Part shown: piece by piece, positions 29,373-37,942 of the stretch
How the letters are laid out: each line of letters begins with the position of its first letter
How positions within the stretch are numbered: the stretch's first letter is position 1
Notes under the pieces: generated by a model
The model's database searches: none
Told to the model about the DNA's origin: nothing
Seen by the model: the letters and a program-made list of their open reading frames with translations, nothing else
Position numbers and translations under genes: made by a program
Source of the DNA: an uncultured bacterium
GTDB taxonomy: Bacteria; Patescibacteriota; Minisyncoccia; Phycocordibacterales; PALSA-1337
Direction: 5' to 3'
Assembly (NCBI GenBank): GCA_963848635.1
Contig: CAWKEA010000005.1
Coordinates: 426,810 to 490,809 of the forward strand
DNA length: 64,000 nt

Positions 29373-29684
29373 CAACATCTGTTTCTCATCTCAATCGATT
29401 CGATTTATGGCTTCGATCGTATGTTGATTCTTGAATAGATAGGTAAATCACTCAAAAGAGACATTAGAAAGTCGTCTTTTAAGAATGGCTTAAAATATAG
29501 CTTTTTTCCAAAAACTGTGGATAACTCTGTGAATTATGTTCATAAAGGACAAAAAATATGGCTTAAAATCACGAATTGCTGTCCTTTACAGTTTCACATG
29601 AAATGTCAAGATGTCATCTTGACGCATAAACCCTGTTTATAATTTTTTTAACTTTTCTTAATCTCTATTCTGTAGAATTAAGCA

Positions 29685-30062
29685 ATGAATACAAAGAAAA
29701 AGGGCAATCTGTCAGAATCAGTAGTTTGCGATTTCCTCGTTTCACAAGGCTATAGGATCCTCGATCGGAATTATCTACGTAAATGGGGAGAAATCGATAT
29801 TGTAGCCATAAAAGAGGGGAGTTTGCACTTTATTGAAGTCAAAAGCGATTTCAGGGAAAATAAGAGCGATGGCTATCGTGCAGAGGAGCTTATGCATAAT
29901 CTAAAACAAAGACGTTTACGCCGGATGGTGGCGACATATCTAGAAGACAAAAAATATGGACTCGATCATTCGTTCGTCTTTGATTTGGCTATTGTTAGAT
30001 TTGGTAAAAGCGATAATGGAGAGTTGCAAACGGTTTCTTTGCAAGAAAACGTGATCATTTGA
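29685..30062 (+). CDS. YraN family putative nuclease
   Basis: G...E......L...GY.ILDRNY..KWGEIDIVA...LHFIEVK. Confidence 0.88.
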   Translation: MNTKKKGNLSESVVCDFLVSQGYRILDRNYLRKWGEIDIVAIKEGSLHFIEVKSDFRENKSDGYRAEELMHNLKQRRLRRMVATYLEDKKYGLDHSFVFDLAIVRFGKSDNGELQTVSLQENVII

Positions 30063-30127
30063 TACAAATGCTCGATAGAGCCGTTTTCTTCCCATTCAGA
30101 AATCTTCATGCTATGATGACCGCACAC

Positions 30128-30200
30128 CGGGGCGTGGTGTAACGGCTAACATGCCTCTTTTGGGAAGAGGTGACTCCGGGTTCGAATCCCGGCGCCCCGA
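30128..30200 (+). tRNA. tRNA-Pro(TGG)
   Basis: Cloverleaf; CCTCT-TTTGGGA-AGAGG; GGTTCGAATCC. Confidence 0.95.
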
Positions 30201-30384
30201 CACGAAGTGGAGGAGTGGTGCGAGTGGAACGAGCACAGGGATTCGAAAAGGCTGAATACATTTCCGAGGACCTGTCCGAGGAAATATGAAGCCTCTACTG
30301 GTCATGTAATGACCGAATCCCGGCGCCCCGACACGAAGTGCGCTGGGCGAGACAGGCGAAGCGTGGCTAGGGATGAGAAAAGGG
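30183..30384 (+). repeat. tRNA-Pro 3'-end duplication enclosing a structured unit
   Basis: 27-bp CGAATCCCGGCGCCCCGACACGAAGTG at 30183 and 30314 (period 131); start of a second unit (GGGATGAGAAAAGGG) at 30370. Confidence 0.85.
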
Positions 30385-30388
30385 AAGA

Positions 30389-30459
30389 GCGGGATTAGTT
30401 AAATGGTATAATAACAGTTTTCCAAACTGTGGTCGCGAGTTCGATTCTCGCATCCCGCA
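30389..30459 (+). tRNA. tRNA-Gly(TCC)
   Basis: Cloverleaf; ACAGT-TTTCCAA-ACTGT; GTTCGATTC. Confidence 0.93.
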
Positions 30460-30615
30460 CATTAGAGAAATAAAGTAACTTTTCAAGCAATATGCGTTTT
30501 GCTTCATCTTTTGCATTGATATATAATAGTCACGTAAAAAACTACTTGTTCGATAGTAATTAGGTGTTACTGAAATCAGTATTTAGTATCTAAAAGGAAC
30601 TATGGCATATTTTAA

Positions 30616-30903
30616 ATTAAAGCTCCTTTTAACACTTGGACACTGCTCACTATTACCTACGATGGTACGACCGAAAAACTCTATGCGAATGGCACTTTCC
30701 AGTCATCATGGAATCCTCCGTTTCCGTTCGCTCTTCAGAGTGGAGATCCTTTGTCTATCGCTCGTTCATCTTGGACTCCTTTCACCGATATGGCCCAAGG
30801 TTTTGTCAGTGAAGTCCGTATCTATAATGAAGCTTTAACAGCTGATGGTGTTAATGCTCTCTATGCTCTAAGCGCCCCAAGATACAAAATTGCTTTGAAG
30901 TAA
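30616..30903 (+). pseudogene. 5'-truncated LamG/concanavalin-like domain fragment
   Basis: Hand-translated ...NTWTLLTITYDGTTEKLYANG...VSEVRIYNEALTADGVNALY; in-frame TAA at 30613 and no start codon before the domain. Confidence 0.7.
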
Positions 30904-31000
30904 GACGAGATATATAGTCATATAAAGAATAGATGTCCTCTGACTGTTGATATGGTGTGTTTCGTGCGGTGATTGTTTATGATAATCTTTTTTACGAAAC

Positions 31001-31028
31001 TCAAAAGCCGCCATTTGGCGGCTTTTGA
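31001..31028. terminator. Bidirectional terminator after HU gene
   Basis: TCAAAAGCCGCCA-TT-TGGCGGCTTTTGA. Confidence 0.75.
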
Positions 31029-31053
31029 TTCTCCGAGAGAACGACGTAAATTG

Positions 31054-31326
31054 TTATTTAACTGCGTCCTTGAGAGCTTTTGCGGCGCGGAACTTCGGGA
31101 CTTTCATGGCTGCGACCTTGATCGCTTCGCCAGTGCGAGGATTTCTCGCTTCGCGGGCCGCACGCATCTTGACTGAGAAAATGCCAAGACCGGCGATCGA
31201 CACCTCTTCTCCCTTCTTCAATGAATCGATGATGGCATTGAGGGCTGCTTCAACGGCCTGCTCTGCCTGGACCTTTGTGCCGCCCAAAACTGCGTGTACT
31301 GCTTCGACGATTCCTGCTTTGTTCAT
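31054..31326 (-). CDS. hup: DNA-binding protein HU
   Basis: MNKAGIVEAV...GLGIF..KMRAAREARNPRTGE...PKFRAAKALKDAVK. Confidence 0.96.
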   Translation of the reverse strand: MNKAGIVEAVHAVLGGTKVQAEQAVEAALNAIIDSLKKGEEVSIAGLGIFSVKMRAAREARNPRTGEAIKVAAMKVPKFRAAKALKDAVK

Positions 31327-31367
31327 ATGTTTTTTCTATTATGTTTATAAAGACTGCTTTCTTCCGG

Positions 31368-31570
31368 CTGCGCTCGGACATTGTGTACGCAAGCGTCCAC
31401 ATGCTCCTCGCTTGTCGGAATAAAGATTACTATATTTCGACTGCGCTCGGACATTGTGTACGCAAGCGTCCACATGCTCCTCGCTTGTCGGAATAAAGAT
31501 TACTATATTTCGACTGCGCTCGGACATTGTGTACGCAAGCGTCCACATGCTCCTCGCTTGTCGGAATAAA
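31368..31570. repeat. Tandem array of REP-like element (73-bp period, 3 cores)
   Basis: 57-bp core at 31368, 31441, 31514 with identical 16-bp linkers. Confidence 0.92.
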
Positions 31571-31754
31571 ATTGCCACCTCCACCGCCAAAACGATGGAT
31601 ATTGACCTGATTACATTATATAACTCCTGTAAATCGGCGCAATAGAGCCAAAATTGCGACATATTTTGCCAAAAAGCGCCAAATTTTATCACTACAACTT
31701 GAAAAACAGCGCAGCGGAAGTTCTCAAAAATTCTCTGTTCGGTAAAATTAAGTC

Positions 31755-31961
31755 ATGAAATCCATACTTGATGTCAAAAACAAGGTTGATCTCTTTGAAA
31801 AAAGTAAAATACGTCATAAATGGCATGATGGTAGGTGGTTTTTCTCTGTTATTGATATCGTCAGAGCATTGACTGATTCTACGTCTATAGATGGGCGGCA
31901 CCATAAGGAAAATATGTCTGATTTAAAGGGTATTTTAAGTCTTTTTGTAAGTTATCCGTGA
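31755..31961 (+). pseudogene. Truncated Bro-N domain fragment
   Basis: LFEKSKIRHKWHDGRWFFSVIDIVRALTDS is Bro-N-like; similarity ends after about 45 aa. Confidence 0.65.
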
Positions 31962-32903
31962 TTGGTGGTGTCGCAAGATACTGCTTGCCGCGAAGGTTTC
32001 AACCTTGAAGCGCTTCGTCGTGCCGAGCATGCCGCCAAGGAAGACAAAGTTTTTCTGAGTGGCTATGCTAAAGGTGTTCTTATACTCGGTATTTCGGCTC
32101 TCAGCCCGAAAAAGGCAGAGAAGTTCATCGCCGCTTGCGGCGGTTGGAAGTCGCACACTAATTGGGCACTTGGAGTGCTTGATGGTGAAAAAGGCGAAAT
32201 TCGCCAAAACAAGGCAGGCACGTGTTGGATTATTGATCTCGCGTCCCCTCGCCGAACAGTCATGTTCGCATGGACAAGCGGTCCGCGCGAGACACGACTT
32301 GCAGGACCTCGCCTCAACACCACTAACGGTGGCGCTCATTGGTGCGGGCTTATCTCGGAGACGACCCCATTCAATTTGGAGAAGTCGCCGAATGCCGTCG
32401 CATTCTTGCAACGAGCAAAAAATTGCTTTGCTGAGCATGGGATGACTCCTGCACAATGGGAAAAGGCGGAAAATTATCGCCGGTGCAAAGAGGCAGAACG
32501 GGCGACGAGTGTTCGCGAAGCGGCACGAGTTGCTTGTCTCGCTGATGGTCAACCGTGGTGCTACGGTGGCTATGGCCCACAGTACGGTTCAGAATACCTC
32601 GCTGTTGCGGAAGAGATTGCCGGATCAGAGGGTGCATTTCCTGTCGATCTGTCCGATCAAATCCGCGCTCGGTTTGCCGCCAAACGGCAGGCTGAAGAGG
32701 AAGCCCGGCTCATGGTCGAGCTCGAAGCTGAGCAAGTCCACATTGCCGCAGAAAAGGCCAAGGTGGAGGCTGAGGCGAAACGGCAGACTGAAATCGAAGT
32801 CACTTGTCGTATTACTGGGATTTATCCTGGACAATGGCAGACAATGACTCAAAAACAGCAACGGCTTGCGCTTCATCGTGCTCGTCTTGCCGGTAAAATA
32901 TAG
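31962..32903 (+). CDS. Orphan hypothetical protein (313 aa)
   Basis: Long ORF with C-terminal coiled coil; no recognised family; start uncertain. Confidence 0.6.
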   Translation: MVVSQDTACREGFNLEALRRAEHAAKEDKVFLSGYAKGVLILGISALSPKKAEKFIAACGGWKSHTNWALGVLDGEKGEIRQNKAGTCWIIDLASPRRTVMFAWTSGPRETRLAGPRLNTTNGGAHWCGLISETTPFNLEKSPNAVAFLQRAKNCFAEHGMTPAQWEKAENYRRCKEAERATSVREAARVACLADGQPWCYGGYGPQYGSEYLAVAEEIAGSEGAFPVDLSDQIRARFAAKRQAEEEARLMVELEAEQVHIAAEKAKVEAEAKRQTEIEVTCRITGIYPGQWQTMTQKQQRLALHRARLAGKI

Positions 32904-33323
32904 GTTGAAGTTGAACCTTTAAAACTTTCCTCTAACCCATTGAGCGAATGGGTTGTGAATTTGAAAATGATACAAGCGTCGCTAGCGGCTCTTGTATAAA
33001 GGATCTACTCACAGCGTGATGGAGAACCCATCGGCGTAAGAGTTGGCAAAAGATCCACGCTCAAGGATTACCTAACCTTGAGCACTTTGTTGAGTTTATC
33101 GTCGATAACGGTGAATTCATAGAGTGAATGTTCTTTACAAAATTTCTTCATAGCGACTTGTCGATATATCAACGTTCCTAGACGTTGGTTCCAATTTTGC
33201 CGGGGGCGAGGCACAAACACCCAACGTGTCTTGCCACGTGAAGCGCAAGGCGTAGACGGCCATATCGCATGGAGCCGGGTGCATAATGAGAGTGCGGTTT
33301 TCTTTTGCTCATTTTCCTTTTTC

Positions 33324-34856
33324 TTATCTTGCAAAATCGATGACACGGGTCTCACGGATGACAGTGACTTTGATCTCACCAGGATATTTGAGGTCTTTTT
33401 CTATGCGCAGAGCTATGTCACGCGCGGTATTTCTGGCTTCAAGGTCAGTGAGGTCTTCAGGCTTGACGAAAATACGGATTTCACGGCCGGCTTGGAGGGC
33501 GTAGGCTTTCTCGACTCCTTTAAATGAATTTGCTATAGCCTCAAGATCGCCGAGGCGTTTCAGATAGTTCTCGACGCTGTCTTTTCTTGCGCCGGGGCGA
33601 GCGCCGGATATGGCGTCGGCAGTCTGGACGATGCGCGATTCCACGGTCTCATAAGGGTGTTCCTCATGATGAGCTTGCATAGCCTTGACTATTTCTTCGC
33701 TGACACCGAATTTTTGCAAAATGCGGCGGCCTATCTCCACATGAGTGCCGGCAACCTCATGGTCGAGAGCCTTGCCTATGTCATGGAGCAGGGCGCCAGC
33801 CTTTGCCACGGCTACATTGGCCCCTATTTCTTCTGCGATCATACCTGCTATATGGGCCATCTCTATTGAATGCTGGAGGACATTCTGACCGTAGCTAGTG
33901 CGGAAATGAAGACGGCCGAGCATCAATAGCACTCGCGGGTCAAGCCCTACTACGCCGCATTCATAAGCCGCTTCCTCGCCTTTTTGCTTGATTATTTTAT
34001 TTATATCGTTATGAGCCTCCTCTACAACTTTTTCTATCTTTGCGGGCTGGATACGGCCGTCTTTTATGAGGTTTTCCAGGGCAAGACGGGCGACATGCCG
34101 CCGCACGGGGTCAAAAGACGATATGGTTATCATTCCAGGCGTGTCATCGACGAGGACTTCCACTCCGGTTATACGCTCAAAGGCTTTTATATTGCGGCCT
34201 TCCTTACCTATGATCTTGCCTTTTATCTCATCATTCGGGATGCTTACAGCTGTCGACATGATGTCCGAAGCGACCGAATTGGCCATGCGCTGTATCGATA
34301 TGGCCAATATGTCCTGAGCTTTTCTTTCGAGCCTCTCCTCTCCATTTGCCTCTAATTTTTGTATTCGCGCAAGGATATCGGTTTCAGTGCTTTTTTCCAC
34401 AGTCTGCATTATCTCTTTTTTTGCTTCTTCTGCAGACAATCCAGCCGCTCTCTCCAGGGCTTTTTTACGATCTTCTTCGAGCTTGTCCGCGCGGTCCTTT
34501 ATCTGTCTTATCTCGACCGCCCGTTCTTTGATGATCTCTGCCTCTCTGTCTATATCCGTTTGACGCTTGTCGAGCAGATCCTCCTTTTTTATGAGGCGCG
34601 ATTCGGTCTGTTGGATCTTCTCTTCTTTTTCCCTTGTCTCTCTGCGCGTCTCTTCGAGGGCCACGCTGGCTTTCGATTCGGCATCGCTCGTTATCTTTTT
34701 TGCCTCTTCTTTTGCGGCAAGGAGCATCTCCTTTATTTCGAGCTCCATCGAGCCTTTTTTGCCGAGGGATATGATGAAGCGCAGATAGTACCCGACGCCA
34801 AGCCCGATCAATCCCGCAATGATCGCACATATAAGAACCACTAATTTTGATACCAT
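33324..34856 (-). CDS. rny: Ribonuclease Y
   Basis: TM, coiled coil, KH (KGKIIGKEGRNI), HD (LLHDIGK), QAGREIRI. Confidence 0.96.
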   Translation of the reverse strand: MVSKLVVLICAIIAGLIGLGVGYYLRFIISLGKKGSMELEIKEMLLAAKEEAKKITSDAESKASVALEETRRETREKEEKIQQTESRLIKKEDLLDKRQTDIDREAEIIKERAVEIRQIKDRADKLEEDRKKALERAAGLSAEEAKKEIMQTVEKSTETDILARIQKLEANGEERLERKAQDILAISIQRMANSVASDIMSTAVSIPNDEIKGKIIGKEGRNIKAFERITGVEVLVDDTPGMITISSFDPVRRHVARLALENLIKDGRIQPAKIEKVVEEAHNDINKIIKQKGEEAAYECGVVGLDPRVLLMLGRLHFRTSYGQNVLQHSIEMAHIAGMIAEEIGANVAVAKAGALLHDIGKALDHEVAGTHVEIGRRILQKFGVSEEIVKAMQAHHEEHPYETVESRIVQTADAISGARPGARKDSVENYLKRLGDLEAIANSFKGVEKAYALQAGREIRIFVKPEDLTDLEARNTARDIALRIEKDLKYPGEIKVTVIRETRVIDFAR

Positions 34857-34988
34857 ATTCGATTGCGAAACGCCTTCTTAGAGGCTCTTCTGAAGCAATT
34901 TAGGGCTGAGTATTCTTTCGTTCTGTTTTTCTTTGTCTTTCCAGTGATTGTTTCATAAAGTCGTTAAAAAGCGAGTTTCAAATTTAAA

Positions 34989-36104
34989 TTAAGTAATGCA
35001 ATCATAATACAATATGCGCGAGGAATTGCAAGAGGTTGAATAACCCCACCCATCTTTGCACTTTTCTGGTAATTGATTCACATAATACTCGGAAGAGGTC
35101 AGCACTTCAAGCGGCACCAATTTGTTCTTGAAAGCACAGTGCACTCTTTTGGTGTTGTAGAAGGTCAAATATTCCTTCAACTTTTCATTAAATTTGGTAG
35201 TGTCATCAAAGAGTATGTTGACATTGTAATCAACGAACTCTTCTTGGATGGTACCATTGAAGCTCTCACAGTGAGCATTCATCTTGGGAGTCTTCGGATA
35301 TGTGTGGTAGTGAGTGATGTTGTTCTTTGTAAGTAAGGCGTCAAGATGTAGCTTGAATTCTGATCCGTTGTCAGTCAGTACATTCTTGATTTCATACGGA
35401 AACATCTGCATGATCAGGTAGAAGAAATGAGCAAACGTCTTTGAAGAATGTGACTTGGTAGCGATTGCGTAGGTAGTGCGTGAATATATGTCGATTGCAG
35501 TTAAAATGTACATCCTACGACCATTTCTCTGTTTCTCAATGGTATCGAGTGCCAAAACGTGTCCGGGGTACGTTGGCACCAAGTCCTTGGGCTTTCTAAG
35601 CACTTTCTTGCGATTGGTTTTCTTGATCTTGCCAAAGTGTGACACTTTCTGCGGGAATGTCCGGAGGCCACCCATGTCAGTGATTAGTCTTTCAATAGTT
35701 GATGGTTTTGGACACTTCTCAATTCCAAAAGCATCACAGAAGTCCAGAAGCAACGGGTATAGCTTTTCTGCGCCGAGGTTTGGATGATCGACCCGTAACT
35801 TCCGAAGCTCCTCAAGTATGCGGAAATCCCAAGTTCTTTTTCTCTTCTTTTGAGGTGTTCTTTTGCCAGGATTCAAGGCTTCGACTTTGCCATTGCCTTC
35901 ATCCAATTTCTTCTTCCAATTGAACAAAGTCCGTCTGGAAACCTTGAATGCGTCCATGGCTGAATCGAGCCCATACTTACCCCAATGTATTAATATTTTG
36001 TACCTTTCCTGCGCTTGTTTGGTGATCATATGATGATACCTTACCGCGTAGTTCAAGACTGTGACAAATCCTTTAATTCCCCTGCGTTTTGATTGTATTC
36101 TCAT
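34989..36104 (-). CDS. DDE integrase-core transposase (IS481-like)
   Basis: HTH N-terminus, ALDT, LTDNGSEF, NAHCESFNGTIQEE, YNTKRVH. Confidence 0.9.
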   Translation of the reverse strand: MRIQSKRRGIKGFVTVLNYAVRYHHMITKQAQERYKILIHWGKYGLDSAMDAFKVSRRTLFNWKKKLDEGNGKVEALNPGKRTPQKKRKRTWDFRILEELRKLRVDHPNLGAEKLYPLLLDFCDAFGIEKCPKPSTIERLITDMGGLRTFPQKVSHFGKIKKTNRKKVLRKPKDLVPTYPGHVLALDTIEKQRNGRRMYILTAIDIYSRTTYAIATKSHSSKTFAHFFYLIMQMFPYEIKNVLTDNGSEFKLHLDALLTKNNITHYHTYPKTPKMNAHCESFNGTIQEEFVDYNVNILFDDTTKFNEKLKEYLTFYNTKRVHCAFKNKLVPLEVLTSSEYYVNQLPEKCKDGWGYSTSCNSSRILYYDCIT

Positions 36105-36152
36105 GTTGCGCCCATGTAATTAATGAGTGCAATATGTATCTGAGGTTAGTCA
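35037..36152 (-). mobile_element. IS481-like insertion sequence (about 1116 bp)
   Basis: Imperfect IRs TGAATAACCCCA..TTGCAC / TGACTAACCTCA..TTGCAC; GAGGT direct repeat at 35032-35036 and 36153-36157. Confidence 0.8.
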
Positions 36153-36256
36153 GAGGTGCGGCAAAAGATAAAGATTACATTTTGGACACAAAAAACAGCA
36201 CATTTGAGAATATACAGTTTTTTTGAATAATGCTCATTTACCCGAATTTGTATGAT

Positions 36257-36832
36257 TTACAAGATTTTATCTATGATGCCGTATTTTTTCGCCTCGTTCG
36301 CATCCATGAAGAAATCTCGCTCAACATCCTTTTCGACTTTTGACAGAAGCTGGCCGGTATTTTCAGCAAGCATCCTGTTGAGGTTTTCTCGGAGCTTGAC
36401 GATATGCTTAGCGCTTATCTCGATATCTGTCGCTTGTCCCTCGGTTCCGCCATGTGGCTGATGTATCATGACTTCCGCATTCGGCATAGCAAGCCGTTTG
36501 CCTTTCTTGCCAGCAGAGAGAATGATAGCGGCACCAGAAGCGGCCATTCCCACGCATACAGTGGAGACATCGTTTTTGATGTTGTTCATGGTGTCGATGA
36601 TCGCTAGAGCGGCTGTGACTGCGCCGCCAGGAGAATTGATGTACAACGAGATGTCTTTTTTTGGATCTTGAGACTGGAGAAAGAGAAACTGAGCGATGAC
36701 GATATTTGCCACCGTGTCATCGATGGGTCCGGTCAAGAATACTATGTTTTCCTTTAAAAGGCGCGAATATATATCATAAGCGCGCTCGCCGAAATTCGTT
36801 TTTTCTATGACTGTTGGGATGAGTATGGACAT
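36257..36832 (-). CDS. clpP: ATP-dependent Clp protease proteolytic subunit
   Basis: [26 protein letters not shown]; start moved to MSILIP. Confidence 0.96.
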   Translation of the reverse strand: MSILIPTVIEKTNFGERAYDIYSRLLKENIVFLTGPIDDTVANIVIAQFLFLQSQDPKKDISLYINSPGGAVTAALAIIDTMNNIKNDVSTVCVGMAASGAAIILSAGKKGKRLAMPNAEVMIHQPHGGTEGQATDIEISAKHIVKLRENLNRMLAENTGQLLSKVEKDVERDFFMDANEAKKYGIIDKIL

Positions 36833-37084
36833 TGGTTTTGAGTCGAAAGTCATAAAGTTCCGAGTCGAAAGTCATAAAATAGAGAACGCGTGCATTGACT
36901 TTTGACTAGGTACTTTCGACCTTCGACTATTGTTAAAAGCTGATATGTGGTTATATGAGCTCTGCTCATATAACGTCTTCGTTCGGACGTTACATCAACA
37001 AGTTGCTGTATGTCCTCGCTAGCCGTTATAATACCCTTTGTTACATATTTAGCAAACTGAAGCGTAACAAGCAACAAAACTGAC

Positions 37085-37810
37085 GTGAGACTTCACAGAT
37101 TCTACGTGGCCGGGAAAACGCTCTCCGATATTTCAGGAGGGGTTTTTGACATGGCCGACAGGAATTTGATCGACCAGCTAAAAAAAGTCTTTAGATTGAA
37201 GACGGGGGACAAGATCATTGTCTTCAATGGCGACGGCAAAGACTACGAATGTCTCATAAAAGAATTGGTAAAAGACAAAGTTGCCCTTGAAGTCCAGAAT
37301 TCTTTCCCCAGCCGCTTTATGTCAGATCAGAAAATATGGCTATGCGCGGCTGTGATTAAAAAGGACAATTTCGAATGGATCGTGGAGAAGGCCACTGAGC
37401 TTGGTGTGTCTCATATAGTTCCTGTCTTGTCCGAAAGGAGCGAGAAGAAATCTTTGAATCTAGAGCGACTCCAAAAGATCGTTATCGAGGCAAGCGAGCA
37501 AAGCGGAAGGGGAACAGTGCCGACTATTCATCCGATCATCGCTCTCGAAGAAAGCTTTGCTTATTTAAAGTCGCACGTTTCAGCTAAAACGTTTCAAATG
37601 CTCGCGTTTCACACGGAAGGGGAGTCTGTACGAGATGTCATCTCGAACAATGACAATCCTATAGCGGTGTTCGTCGGTCCCGAGGGGGGTTGGTCTGAAA
37701 GGGAGGTCGAATTGTTTCACGATGAGAATATTCCTATGAAATGCCTCGGTAGACAGGTTCTGCGGGCAGAGACGGCCACGATCGCGGTCTTGTCGGTCAT
37801 AACATTTTGA
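37085..37810 (+). CDS. rsmE: 16S rRNA m3U1498 methyltransferase
   Basis: EKATELGV, EASEQSGR, VGPEGGWS, LRAETA. Confidence 0.93.
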   Translation: MRLHRFYVAGKTLSDISGGVFDMADRNLIDQLKKVFRLKTGDKIIVFNGDGKDYECLIKELVKDKVALEVQNSFPSRFMSDQKIWLCAAVIKKDNFEWIVEKATELGVSHIVPVLSERSEKKSLNLERLQKIVIEASEQSGRGTVPTIHPIIALEESFAYLKSHVSAKTFQMLAFHTEGESVRDVISNNDNPIAVFVGPEGGWSEREVELFHDENIPMKCLGRQVLRAETATIAVLSVITF

Positions 37811-37872
37811 AGCTCAAGTATATTGGAATTCTCATAATGAATAATTGATGAAATGAACAGATGCAAATGCGC

Positions 37873-37911
37873 AAAAAATCCCGATGTCCATGAAAGCGAC
37901 ATCGGGTTTTT
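37873..37911. terminator. Terminator between convergent rsmE and tig
   Basis: AAAAAATCCCGATGTC...GACATCGGGTTTTT. Confidence 0.65.
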
Positions 37912-37942
37912 GATTTCAAATTGGGTGTGGCAGTATCAGCAA

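Larger units (their letters stand above)
26871..29605. promoter_or_regulatory. Cluster of five parS-like palindromes
   Basis: 12-15/16 matches to TGTTTCACGTGAAACA at 26871, 26972, 27514, 27562, 29590. Confidence 0.7.

Noticed and set aside
30183-30340. Prophage/ICE attL-attR pair at tRNA-Pro
   Set aside because: Only about 104 bp lie between the repeats, there is no integrase, and the interior is a folded unit shared in layout with the tRNA-Val locus
31368-31570. CRISPR array
   Set aside because: Linkers are identical and only 16 bp, the core is 57 bp, and there are no cas genes; it is a tandem repeat
31275-31692. Short ORFs over the 73-bp repeat
   Set aside because: Frame-shifting translations of a repeat whose period is not a multiple of 3
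32957-32970. 14-bp match (GAATTTGAAAATGA) to the tRNA-Val unit hairpin
   Set aside because: AT-rich, with no flanking similarity; likely chance
33202-33300. tmRNA 5' end (GGGGGCG)
   Set aside because: No following TTCGAC and no tRNA-like 3' end
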